NCBI GenBank assembly: GCA_002780005.1
Contig: PEWV01000075.1
Location: 14,133 to 78,132 of the forward strand
Origin: Candidatus Aquitaenariimonas noxiae
Lineage (GTDB): Bacteria; Omnitrophota; Gorgyraeia; Aquitaenariimonadales; Aquitaenariimonadaceae
Direction of reading: 5' to 3'
Length of the DNA: 64,000 bases
Under the pieces are notes generated by a model. That model did not search any database. It saw only the letters and a program-made list of their open reading frames with translations, and had not been told where the DNA came from. Position numbers and translations under genes: made by a program. This document shows, piece after piece, positions 46,631 through 61,400 of the stretch (within the stretch, counting starts at the first letter, position 1; each line of letters opens with the position of its first letter).

Positions 46631-48287
46631 GGGACTCGTCCTCCATTTCGTAAGTAGAGTAAAAATACGGCGTATAAGCTTCGAACTCGGCGCCGCAGGT
46701 ATCAACCAGCTTATATGTTGTTTTTATGCCAAATTTGTTGCGCAACTTTCGAATATTATCTTCTTTTGTGCTGACTAAATTTGCGATCTGCTTATCGCTA
46801 AAACCAAACTGTTTTGCTTCGAAAAGCAAGCTCTTAAACATATTGGTATTATATTTACTTTTTGCTTTTTTGATCTTCTTCTCAAGGTCCACTATCTCTT
46901 CAATGTTATGAAGGAACCATCTGTCTATTTTTGTATGCTCGTAGATTTCATCTATATTCATCTTATTTTTTATGGCATATTTTATATAAAAAATCCTCTC
47001 CGCATTCGGGGTTTTTAATCTATCTATAAGTTGTTCGCGTGATACATCAAATTTTAAATCTTCCAAACCGGACACGCCTATCTCAAGTGACCTTAACCCC
47101 TTTTGCAGCGACTCTTTAAAAGTCCTTCCGATAGACATAGCCTCGCCTACGGATTTCATAGATATCGTGAGCGTTGAATCCGCCTGGGAGAATTTTTCAA
47201 ACGTAAAACGAGGAATTTTAACGACACAATAATCGATAGTAGGCTCAAAACATGCCGGCGTTTCCTTCGTAATATCATTCGGGATCTCATCAAGCGTATA
47301 CCCCACGGCCAGTTTCGCTGCTATCTTTGCAATAGGAAACCCCGTTGCCTTGGAAGCCAGGGCCGAACTCCTAGAGACCCTGGGATTCATTTCTATGACT
47401 ACCATTCTACCACTATCGGGGTGAACGGCAAACTGAATATTTGAACCTCCGGTCTCTACGCCGATCTCTCTAATGCAGGCTATCGCGGCATCGCGCATCT
47501 TTTGATATTCCCTATCCGTGAGGGTCTGCACCGGGGCAACTGTAATTGAATCGCCGGTATGGACCCCCATTGGATCAAAGTTTTCTATTGAACATATGAT
47601 AACAACATTATCTCTTTTATCTCTCATCACTTCAAGCTCGAATTCTTTCCAGCCGATAACCGATTCCTCTATTAATATCTCGCTTATCATGCTCGACTCA
47701 AGGCCTCGTTGGGCAATTTTCTTAAACTCCTCTATATTATATGCCACGCCGCCGCCTGTACCGCCCAGTGTGAAGCTCGGACGCACAATTACGGGGAAAC
47801 TGATCCTGCTTATTATCTCGTATGCTTCTTTTAACGTATGGGCTTCTCCGCTTTGGGGCAGATCAAGTCCGATCTTCTGCATTGCTTCTTTAAAAAGCTG
47901 CCTATTTTCGGCCTTTTTAATAGCTTTAATGTTTGCGCCTATAACCTCTACGCCATATTTATCAAAAATTCCGTTTTCGGCCACTTTCACGGTGACATTC
48001 AAGGCCGTCTGGCCTCCGAGCGTAGGCAAAATAGCGTCCGGTTTTTCTTTTTCTATTATTCTTTCAACTATTTCCGGAGTAATAGGCTCAATATATGTTT
48101 TATCCGCCATAACCGGGTCCGTCATTATGGTAGCCGGGTTACTATTCAATAAAACCACTTCAAATCCTTCCGACCTTAATACCTTGCACGCCTGGGTGCC
48201 GGAATAGTCAAATTCGCACGCCTGGCCTATTATGATAGGACCGGAACCGATTATGAGAATCTTTTTTATGTCTGTACGTTTTGGCAT
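46623..48287 (-). CDS. carB: Carbamoyl-phosphate synthase large chain, N-terminal half only
   Basis: MPKRTD...[10 protein letters not shown] through VDTCGAEF...YSTY; 554 aa, stop overlaps guaA start. Confidence 0.93.
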   Translation of the reverse strand: MPKRTDIKKILIIGSGPIIIGQACEFDYSGTQACKVLRSEGFEVVLLNSNPATIMTDPVMADKTYIEPITPEIVERIIEKEKPDAILPTLGGQTALNVTVKVAENGIFDKYGVEVIGANIKAIKKAENRQLFKEAMQKIGLDLPQSGEAHTLKEAYEIISRISFPVIVRPSFTLGGTGGGVAYNIEEFKKIAQRGLESSMISEILIEESVIGWKEFELEVMRDKRDNVVIICSIENFDPMGVHTGDSITVAPVQTLTDREYQKMRDAAIACIREIGVETGGSNIQFAVHPDSGRMVVIEMNPRVSRSSALASKATGFPIAKIAAKLAVGYTLDEIPNDITKETPACFEPTIDYCVVKIPRFTFEKFSQADSTLTISMKSVGEAMSIGRTFKESLQKGLRSLEIGVSGLEDLKFDVSREQLIDRLKTPNAERIFYIKYAIKNKMNIDEIYEHTKIDRWFLHNIEEIVDLEKKIKKAKSKYNTNMFKSLLFEAKQFGFSDKQIANLVSTKEDNIRKLRNKFGIKTTYKLVDTCGAEFEAYTPYFYSTYEMEDESRG

Positions 48288-48292
48288 TTATT

Positions 48293-48364
48293 TTAGCGTT
48301 TAGGGGTTAGCGTCTAGCGTTTAGTACTTTTACTAATCGCTAGCCGCTAATCGCTAGTCGCTGA
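48293..48364. repeat. Inverted pair of heptamer tracts forming a hairpin between carA and carB
   Basis: tagcgtt taggggt tagcgtc tagcgtt versus ctaatcg ctagccg ctaatcg ctagtcg. Confidence 0.8.
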
Positions 48365-48369
48365 TCCTT

Positions 48370-49458
48370 TCACTTACGCTTTCTTGTTTTCTCCATCAAT
48401 TTGACAAACTCATCAAACAAATACTCCGCGTCATGGGGGCCGGGCGAGGCCTCGGGGTGAAATTGCACGGAGAAAATCGGAAGCTTCTTATGCCTCATCC
48501 CTTCCGATGTTTTATCATTCAAATTTATATGCGTAGTTTCCATCTCTTTTTTATTTAAAGAATCTATATCAACACAAAAACCGTGGTTTTGTGCCGTAAT
48601 AGCTATTTTGCCTGTCTTTAGATCCTTTACCGGATGATTGGCGCCATGATGCCCGAATTTTAACTTGTATGTTTTTCCGCCAAAGGCCAATCCCAGTATC
48701 TGATGTCCGAGACAGATACCGAATATCGGACATTTCCCTACCAAGTTTTTCACGGTTTCAACTACGTAAGGAACTCCTTCCGGGTCCCCGGGGCCGTTTG
48801 AAAGCAGGATCCCGTCAGGCTTAAAAGCCATGATATCTCCTGCGCCTGTCTTTGCCGGGACAACTGTGACCCGGCAATTTCTTCCAGCCAGCTCCCTTAA
48901 TATATTAAATTTAACTCCACAATCTATTACCACAACTTTATATTTTCCTTTGTTGCTCCATTCCCTTACTTTATTAAGGCTGACTTCTTTAACCAGATCC
49001 CTGCCGATAAGACCTTTGGAGGATCTCGCCTTCTGTATCAAACTTTTATCATCCAAGTCTTCGGTGGATAAGACCGCTTTCATCGCACCTTTTAACCTTA
49101 TATGCCTTGTAAGCGCGCGGGTGTCTATGCCTTCAATGCCTATTATGTCGTTTTGTTGAAGGTATTCCTCCAGATCCAACTGGGAGCGCCAATTGCTTGA
49201 AATGCGGCTACGCTCTCTTACTACAAATCCTTCCACAAACGGTTTGCGCGATTCCATATCATCGCTGTTAATGCCGTAATTACCTATCAACGGATATGCC
49301 ATTGTAACAATCTGGCCCTTGTAGGAGGGGTCCGTCAGGATCTCCTGATAACCGGTCATTGAGGTATTAAAAACCACTTCTCCGTATGTGGTTCCTTCGG
49401 CCGCGAACGACTTGCCTTTGAATATCTTGCCATCTTCTAAAACCAATATAGCATTCAT
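48370..49458 (-). CDS. carA: Carbamoyl-phosphate synthase small chain
   Basis: [37 protein letters not shown] motifs. Confidence 0.97.
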   Translation of the reverse strand: MNAILVLEDGKIFKGKSFAAEGTTYGEVVFNTSMTGYQEILTDPSYKGQIVTMAYPLIGNYGINSDDMESRKPFVEGFVVRERSRISSNWRSQLDLEEYLQQNDIIGIEGIDTRALTRHIRLKGAMKAVLSTEDLDDKSLIQKARSSKGLIGRDLVKEVSLNKVREWSNKGKYKVVVIDCGVKFNILRELAGRNCRVTVVPAKTGAGDIMAFKPDGILLSNGPGDPEGVPYVVETVKNLVGKCPIFGICLGHQILGLAFGGKTYKLKFGHHGANHPVKDLKTGKIAITAQNHGFCVDIDSLNKKEMETTHINLNDKTSEGMRHKKLPIFSVQFHPEASPGPHDAEYLFDEFVKLMEKTRKRK

Positions 49459-49459
49459 A

Positions 49460-53318
<3,859 letters not shown>

Positions 53319-53319
53319 A

Positions 53320-54015
53320 TTATTTACCTTTCAGCCATTTCAGTGTAGATTTAAAAATTAAGGAGCCGTGATCGGACCCAAGTAGTTTCTCAGCGCTTCT
53401 TTCCGGATGAGGCATCATCCCTAATACATTACCCTGTTTATTTATAATACCGGCAACATTGCCTATGGCTCCATTTGGGTTAAATCTATCGCCAACCTCT
53501 CCTTGTTCGCTGCAGTAACGAAAAACAATCTGCTTATTTTCTGTAAGGTTTTTAAGCCCTTTTGTATCGATATAGTAGTTACCCTCATTATGGGCTATTG
53601 GGATCTTTAAAATTTGATCCCTTTTGCCCAAATTTGTAAATGGCGTAGCATTGTTTTCTAACTTTATATGTACATGCTTACAAATAAAATGAAGGTTTTT
53701 GTTTCTTAGCATCGCGCCGGGTAGCAGGCCGGCTTCCAGTAATATTTGAAAACCGTTACAAATTCCAATAACCAACCCTCCTCTATGGGCAAATCTAGTC
53801 ACCGATTTCATCACAGGAGAAAATCGAGCCACCGCGCCAGTTCTCAGATAGTCGCCATAACTGAACCCCCCCGGTAATACCAAACAATCATATGCATCCA
53901 CTTTGGTATTTTTGTGCCAGATATATTCCGCAGGCTGCTTTAAAATATCTCTGATCGCATAGAAGCAATCTTGTTCGCAATTAGAACCTGGAAAAACTAT
54001 AACACCGAATTTCAT
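53320..54015 (-). CDS. purQ: FGAM synthase subunit PurQ
   Basis: [28 protein letters not shown] motifs. Confidence 0.97.
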   Translation of the reverse strand: MKFGVIVFPGSNCEQDCFYAIRDILKQPAEYIWHKNTKVDAYDCLVLPGGFSYGDYLRTGAVARFSPVMKSVTRFAHRGGLVIGICNGFQILLEAGLLPGAMLRNKNLHFICKHVHIKLENNATPFTNLGKRDQILKIPIAHNEGNYYIDTKGLKNLTENKQIVFRYCSEQGEVGDRFNPNGAIGNVAGIINKQGNVLGMMPHPERSAEKLLGSDHGSLIFKSTLKWLKGK

Positions 54016-54263
54016 TTATCACCTTTCATCTTAACGTTATAATCTTCTGTTATTGGATTAGCTAATAATTTCCTGCACATATTATCGATTTTCTTTTTAG
54101 CCTTCTCTTTATTTTGGCAATCTATTTTAATAGTAATAAATTTACCGATTCGGACTTCGTCTAAACCTTTATACCCCATTGACTCTAATGCGTGTTTAAT
54201 GGTTAAACCTTGCGGATCAACTATTTTTTTCTTCAAAGTAATGTAAATTTCTGACTTTAACAT
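54012..54263 (-). CDS. purS: FGAM synthase subunit PurS
   Basis: DPQG, VRIGK, LLANP motifs. Confidence 0.95.
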   Translation of the reverse strand: MLKSEIYITLKKKIVDPQGLTIKHALESMGYKGLDEVRIGKFITIKIDCQNKEKAKKKIDNMCRKLLANPITEDYNVKMKGDK

Positions 54264-54356
54264 ATTCTACTCCTCCCTATGTGTACTAAAAGAACAACCC
54301 TTAAAAAATTTTTCTGTCTTCAAAGGCTGTTTTTGCCTTCATATGGATATTCTCTT

Positions 54357-56967
54357 CTAACCTGAAAAACATACAATTTTTTGCGATACTACATCCGATA
54401 CTATTTTTAAGTCCCTGCCTTCTGCATCGTAGACGCTGACAACGTCGTTATATGCGGCTGCCTTAGGCATTAGTTTCATAAATAAATTTTTAGACTTTGA
54501 GAACCATTTATTATTCAATGCGACTTTTTCTTTTTGAGGAAATAACGCAACATAGAATATGTTCGTCTCCACAAGGTCCTGGAAAAAATGCGTTCCGAAG
54601 GATAATTCAGGCATGAGATTTCCGCCGGAAAAAGCGACTTCCACAAGCACGGCTATATTGTTTATCTCGGCAAACTTGACCGGTACGCCCAGGGACGGGG
54701 TTGTCGTGCCCCATCTCCCCGGCCCCATAAGAAGTGTTGGTAATTTTTCTCTGTCTTCTATATTTTTATTCAGCGTTCCTACTATGCGCGCGACTTCATA
54801 CTGGTCGGACAATACAAGCTTACCGTACTTCTCCGGATCGACACATATAATTCTTTTGATTTCCTGAGATATATTGCCGCCTAAAAAATATCCGTGCGAT
54901 TCAAAAAGTATCTTTTCCCTGCTTATGCTGCCAGGTATATCAACCTTACAGCCGATCCTTCTTGTCTGCAGGGGGCGGCATTGCAGCAGGTTTATCTTGA
55001 AGGCGTTGTTCTTTGTAAAGTTTACGGTAAATTCTATTTCAATAGGATAGCGGTAATTCTTTTCGATCGTCACAAGTATTTTCCTGAAGGAATCTGCCAA
55101 CGTATTATAGTCGAATACCTTGTCGAGTGTCAATATCCAATATTCCTTATCTCCCGCGCCTCGATCGTTCATCATGCGCATGGATTCATAATCTTTTACC
55201 GCCACGCGGCTTGTATCTCTGTAAGTCTTCTCGCTTACAAGTCTTTCGAACGGAACAGTTTGGAAAACATTTTCTTTTGTATTTATGAGATCTACTTCGT
55301 GCTGTGAGAATTTCCTTAAATCATCCTTCTCCGCGTACGGCCTTCTTAAAGGATCGTCAAGCGCAACCATTCTCGGGTAATCACCCTCTACGCGATTGAC
55401 CGCCCTTGTGCCTAACCCGAACACCAGTCTAAGCATACCTGCCTTCGGGTCCATATTTTCATTCCAGACATATGTATTATGGGACACGCCGACGCCGGCA
55501 AGGTCCGGAAAAAAATAATTTTTATGATGGGCCCCGGAAACGCGCTGCACCAGGAGCGCCATCTGTTCATCTAATTTATCCAAACCCCTCTGTTTTCTGT
55601 ATACGAGGGCATCTTCGCTCATCGTGCTTGCATAAATTCTTTTTACGGCCTCTGCAAACTGTATATATCTCTGCTCCGGCGTGCCCTGATTTGCCAAAAA
55701 TATGCTTTCGTATTTACCGGCAAATGCGTTCCCGAAGCCATCCTCCAGAAGAGAGCTCGAGCGTATTATAATAGGAGATGAGCCGAAATACTCCACGATC
55801 TGCTGAAAGCTTTCCATTATATCATCGGAAAATACGCCGTAAAGCATCTTTTCTTTTAAGATCTTTGCGATATTAAAATATCCATCCTCGGTCTTCTGCT
55901 GCATACGCAGTTTCCACCATCGATTTTGCACTATATAAGAATAAAATATATCCGAACCTATCTATATAGAACGAGTCGTGCAGTTCCGAGAGTTTTTTCC
56001 AATCAAGAGATTTATCTTTCGATAGTATTTTTCTGGCCAAAAGCATGCCTACGCTTTTCCCTCCGATAAAACCCGTTCCTATCAGCCTGTATTTTATATC
56101 TACGAGCTCCTCAAGCGAAAAATTTTGTATCGCCAAGGATAAGATCTTCTTATTCTTGGTCACCATTATGCTCGATAGCTTCTTTATCATATCTTTTATC
56201 TTCTCTTTTTTCGCAGGACTTTTTACAAGCTCCTCCGCATCAATGAATAAGCGGTCCCAGTAATCGTGATTTCTCTTGGCGTTCTCCGCTCCTTTTTCGC
56301 GAATATAAGAGAGTATTTTTACGGCGTTAACGCTGTCGGTAATGGGTATAAACCTTTCGTTCTTCTTTTGGTGCGGAAGGAACATTGTCGGCGAATACCG
56401 GTTCCATACTTTAAGCGGGTGTATATACAAGCTACCCTCGCAATGGTACACATCCATCAAGAGCTGAGTAGTTTCGCGTATGCTGGCTATGGACTTGAAG
56501 GAATGGTTATTGCGCAATATAGAAAAATATGTAATAGTCTTAAGTTCGTAAAGGTACGGGCATGTAACCATAAAAAAGTTTCCTGTCATAAGATCGGTAG
56601 CCCACGCCGAAAGGAGTTCTGACAGGCAATCAAACACATAATACGCCCCTTCGCCTTCCTGGGTAATAATATTATTTACCCTTGTGGTAAAATATTCGAA
56701 TCCGGCATTGGCATTAAGTTCGTATCGTTTTATCTTTTTTGAGGGCTTAAGCAGTTCCTTGTGTGATGCAAACCGCATGTATATAACTTTCTTATTCTCG
56801 CCAAGCGCCTGACGCACAAACGGCGTTACAAGGTCAATATAATCTTTTATATCGTCTATCTGCCAGACTACATTGTCCCCGGTCCTCAAGCCCGTGATCA
56901 CGCTATCCAAACCTTTTATGCCTGTACTTATCATATCAATAACCCTTCGCCCTTCGATTCCGCACAA
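54357..56967 (-). pseudogene. PEP/pyruvate-binding-domain protein (PPDK_N-like) with KaiC-like N-terminus, split by a 4-bp duplication
   Basis: STGIKGLD N-terminus, GGKSVG, RSSSLLED..FAGKYES, GLGTRAV, LLQCRP; duplication at 55958-55965. Confidence 0.8.
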
Positions 56968-56972
56968 TAGTT

Positions 56973-58418
56973 TTACATAGACGGCAAATTGCTTTCGCCT
57001 ATCAGATATTTATCAATACAATAGGCCGAACGCCTGCCTTCGGATATGGCCCAAACTATTAGCGATTGTCCTCTTCTGGCGTCACCTGCCGAAAATATAT
57101 TCTTAATAGAAGTTATATATTTTTCATCTGTTTTGATGTTGCCGCGATTGTCTAATTCCAGACCCAGATCATTCAGAAGACCTCCGCGCTCGGGATGCAT
57201 GAATCCTATCGCGAGGATCACCAGATCAGCCTCTATTTCAAACTCTGTGCCCGGGATCTCTTTCATGACCTGACAGTTTTTCCCATTTTCTTTAGAAAAT
57301 TCAATTTTAACGCACGATACTTTTTTTACGCAGCCTTTTTCTCCGATAAATCGTTTTGTCAACACCGCCCAATGGCGCTCGCCGCCCTCTTCGTGGCTGG
57401 TGGAAGTTTTCAAAATAAAAGGATACCTTGGCCAGGGATCGCTAGCGGTCCTGCATTCGGAAGGCTTAGGAAGCACTTCTATCTGCACAACGCAGCTCGC
57501 CCCCTGCCTGTGCGCAGTCCCGACGCAATCCGCCCCGGTATCTCCGCCTCCTATCACAAGAACTTTCTTACCCTTGGCGTCTATGGGTTCGCCCCCAGAA
57601 CGCTTTTCACCAGACACTCTGCAATTGGACTGCATTAAATAATCCATGGCAAAATATATTCCCTTTAGTTCCCTGCCTTCAATAGTCAAATCCCTGGGAA
57701 TGCGTGAACCTATGGCGATACAAATAGCATCAAACTCCTCTTTTAATTTTGAAATCGGGTAATCAGGCCCCACATTAAGGCCTGTTTTAAATTTAATTCC
57801 TTCTTTTTCTAAAATCTTGACCCTTCTCTCGATTATCTTTTTTTCCAGTTTAAAATCAGGTATACCGTAACGTAAAATACCTCCGACCTTATCATCTTTT
57901 TCAAACACCGTTACCGAATGGCCTGCCTTATTAAGCTGGCCTGCGCACGATAATCCTGCAGGGCCGGAACCTATGACAGCTATTTTCTTTCCCGTGCGGA
58001 TTTTTGGAGCCTTTGGCTTGATAAGACTTTCCTTAAAGGCATATTCTATTATAGACAGCTCGTTTTCTCTTATAGTTACAGGATCATCTGTTAAGCCCAG
58101 CACGCAGGCGTATTCACAAAGCGCTGGGCATAATCTGCCAGTTATCTCAGGCAGGTTATTTGTAGCTTGAAGGAGGTCAAGCGCGGCTTCCCATTTACCT
58201 TTAAACATATAATCGTTCCATTCAGGAATGTAGTTCCCTACCGGGCAACCCCAATGGCAAAACGGCGTCGCGCAGTCCATGCAGCGCGAAGCTTGTTCCT
58301 GCGACTGCTTCTCAGGGCACATTTTTGAAACATCCTTAAAGTCTTTGACGCGCTCGCAGACTTCTCTGTAAAGAGTTTTTTCTCTTCCCAATTTTAAGAA
58401 TCCTCGCGGATCACCCAT
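56973..58418 (-). CDS. gltD: Glutamate synthase small subunit
   Basis: MGDPRGF, RCMDC, GSGPAGL, GGGDTG, RRGQSLIVWAI motifs. Confidence 0.96.
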   Translation of the reverse strand: MGDPRGFLKLGREKTLYREVCERVKDFKDVSKMCPEKQSQEQASRCMDCATPFCHWGCPVGNYIPEWNDYMFKGKWEAALDLLQATNNLPEITGRLCPALCEYACVLGLTDDPVTIRENELSIIEYAFKESLIKPKAPKIRTGKKIAVIGSGPAGLSCAGQLNKAGHSVTVFEKDDKVGGILRYGIPDFKLEKKIIERRVKILEKEGIKFKTGLNVGPDYPISKLKEEFDAICIAIGSRIPRDLTIEGRELKGIYFAMDYLMQSNCRVSGEKRSGGEPIDAKGKKVLVIGGGDTGADCVGTAHRQGASCVVQIEVLPKPSECRTASDPWPRYPFILKTSTSHEEGGERHWAVLTKRFIGEKGCVKKVSCVKIEFSKENGKNCQVMKEIPGTEFEIEADLVILAIGFMHPERGGLLNDLGLELDNRGNIKTDEKYITSIKNIFSAGDARRGQSLIVWAISEGRRSAYCIDKYLIGESNLPSM

Positions 58419-61400
58419 CTGATGCCTCCACCAAATCAAGCTTTTCCTCTACCTTTATACCTTCCAGGATGCGTTTATATTCTATCGGTATAACTTTGAC
58501 AAATTTTTTGAGTTCTTCCCGCATGTTGCCCGTAATTTTTTTTGCTTTCTCACTTTTTGTATATTTAAAGTGATTATGAAGCAAGTGATATATCACATCT
58601 TTATCTCCTTCCTTCATTCCTTCGAGCTTTATCATATCCATGTTGCACTTGTCTTTGAACGTTCCATCTTCATCGTATACATACGCTATTCCGCCTGACA
58701 TGCCTGCGGCAAAATTCCTGCCCGTCTTGCCAAGGATAATTATTCTTCCGCCTGTCATATATTCGCAACCATGGTCGCCGACACCTTCCACAACAGCATG
58801 GAGCCCTGAATTCCTCACGCAAAATCTTTCTCCGGCAACGCCGCATATATAAGCCTCTCCGGAAATGGCCCCATAGAAGGTCGTATTGCCTATAATAATA
58901 TTCTCGTCCGGTTTATATTGCGCCGTTCTATCCTGATAAATGATGATCTTTCCGCCCGATATCCCTTTTCCAACATAGTCATTGGCCATTCCTTCCAGTT
59001 CAAGCGTAATACCTTTTGCCAGAAACGCGCCGAAACTTTGCCCTGCAATACCCCTGAATTTGCACATTATGGTATCTTCTAAAAGGATACCGTCGCCGCA
59101 TTTTCTCGTAACTTCACCGCTCAGCATTGTGCCGGTAGCCCTGTTAGTATTGTTAATTTCGAGTGAAAGTTTGACCGGTTTATTTTTCTCAAATGCGTCT
59201 TTGCACAATTTAATCAGTTCTTTATCGAGAACTGTATCAAGCCCACTTTCTTGTTTGGACTTGCAATACCGTCCTACGCTTTCAGGCAGGTCCGGTTTAT
59301 AAAGGATCTTGGAGTAATCTATTTCCTTAACTTTTAAAGGAATAAGGTTTTTGTTCACATGAAGAAGGTCCGTTCTCCCTATCATCTCGTCGATGGTCCG
59401 CACCCCTAAGCTTGCCATTATCTCCCGAAGTTCCTGCGCTACAAATCTAAAATAATTCACTATATATTCCGGCCTTCCGCTGAAATGCTTCTGTAAAATA
59501 TCATCCTGCGTAGCCACGCCGACCGAACAGTTGTTTAAATGGCAGTGCCTCAGCATGACGCATCCCATCACAATAAGCACGGCCGTGCAAAAACCGTACT
59601 CTTCGGCCCCCAGCAAAGCCGCGATAGCGACATCACGACCCGTGCGCATCTGCCCATCAGTTTGTATCCTGGTCCTTGAACGCAGATTATTAAGGACAAG
59701 CGTCTGGTGCGTCTCGGAAAGGCCCAGTTCCCAAGGAAGTCCGGCATATCTTATAGAGCTCAAAGGAGATGCCCCGGTCCCTCCGTCTCCGCCTGAAATC
59801 AGGATCATATCTGCCCGGCCTTTTGCCACACCGGCCGCAACGGTCCCAACGCCTATTTCTGATACGAGCTTCACGCTTATCCGCGCCGTTGGGTTAACAT
59901 TTTTTAGATCAAAGATCAGCTGTGCGAGGTCTTCTATAGAATATATATCGTGATGGGGCGGAGGCGATATTAAAGTAACGCCCGGAGTCGTATATCTGGT
60001 TCGCGCAATTATTTCACTAACCTTGTGTCCGGGCAGCTGGCCACCCTCTCCGGGTTTTGCGCCTTGAGCAATCTTTATTTGTATCTCATCCGCATTAACA
60101 AGATAATTCGTCGTAACTCCGAACCTTCCCGAAGCGACCTGCTTTATGGCGCTCCGCCTGGAATCGCCGTTAGGCAGGGTTATAAATCTATTAGGGTCCT
60201 CACCGCCTTCTCCTGTATTAGACTTGCCGCCTATTCTGTTCATAGCGATAGCTATTGTTTCATGCGCCAATCTGCTTATCGAGCCGAAGCTCATAGCCCC
60301 TGTCGCGAATCTTCTCATAATATTCTCGATAGGCTCAACCTCATTGATAGGGATCGCTTTTGTTTTTTCGGAAGAAAATTTAAACAAGCTCCTTAATGTC
60401 GTGGGATTTGCCGACTGATCGTTTATGATATTGGCGAATTCTCTATATCGATCATAGCTATTCTCGAGTGTAGCGTCCTGCAAGGCATGGATCGTCTCCG
60501 GGTTCCAAAGGTGGGATTCGCCGTCCTTTTTCCATTGGTAGATCCCGCCGCTTGACAAATAAGGACTGTCTATGTCTCTTTCGTAATAAGCGCTCATGTG
60601 TCTCGATATGTACTCATCCGCAATACCGCTAAGGCCAACTCCTCCGATCCGCGACACAGTCCCCGTAAAATATTTATCTATAAATTCATTATCTAGGCCC
60701 AAAGCTTCAAATATTTGGGCGCCGCGATAACTTCTAAGAGTGGATATTCCCATCTTTGATAATATTTTTAATATACCGTCCGTTAAGGCTTTATTGTAAT
60801 TCTTAAGCGCGCTTTTAAGTTCTAGGCGGATCTCTTTTTGCGTTATAAGATATTCTATTCCTTCATACGCAAGATACGGATTAACGCAATCGGCTCCGTA
60901 ACCAAAAAGCAAGGCAAAATGATGCACCTCTCTTGGTTCGGCACTTTCAATTATTATCGCGACTTGTGAGCGTATTGTCTTCCTTACAAGATGCTGATGG
61001 ACAGCGCTTGTAGCCAAAAGTGAAGGCAGGGCAATATTATCTTTACCCGAACCCCGGTCGCTCAATATTATAAAAGAATATCCCTTTTCGATAGCATATT
61101 CGGCTTCAAACGAGATCCTCTCCAATGCCCGCACAAAGCCTTCCCTGCCGCTTGCCGCATCAAAAAAGGTGTATATTGTTTTTGTTTTAAAACCGTTTAT
61201 GCTTATATCGCGTATTCTTTCAAGCTCATCATCCGTTAATATAGGGTTTTTTACCATAAGTTTATGACTATGCTTCGGAGTCTCCTCTAATATATTCTTT
61301 TCAGGGCCTATGAAACTTTCAAGACTCATGACAAGCTTCTCCCTTATGGGATCTATGGGGGGATTGGTCACTTGCGCAAATAATTGTTTAAAATAATTAT

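Noticed and set aside
54290-54335. Weak inverted repeat upstream of purS as a possible riboswitch or terminator
   Set aside because: Pairing is short and imperfect and no riboswitch consensus is visible.
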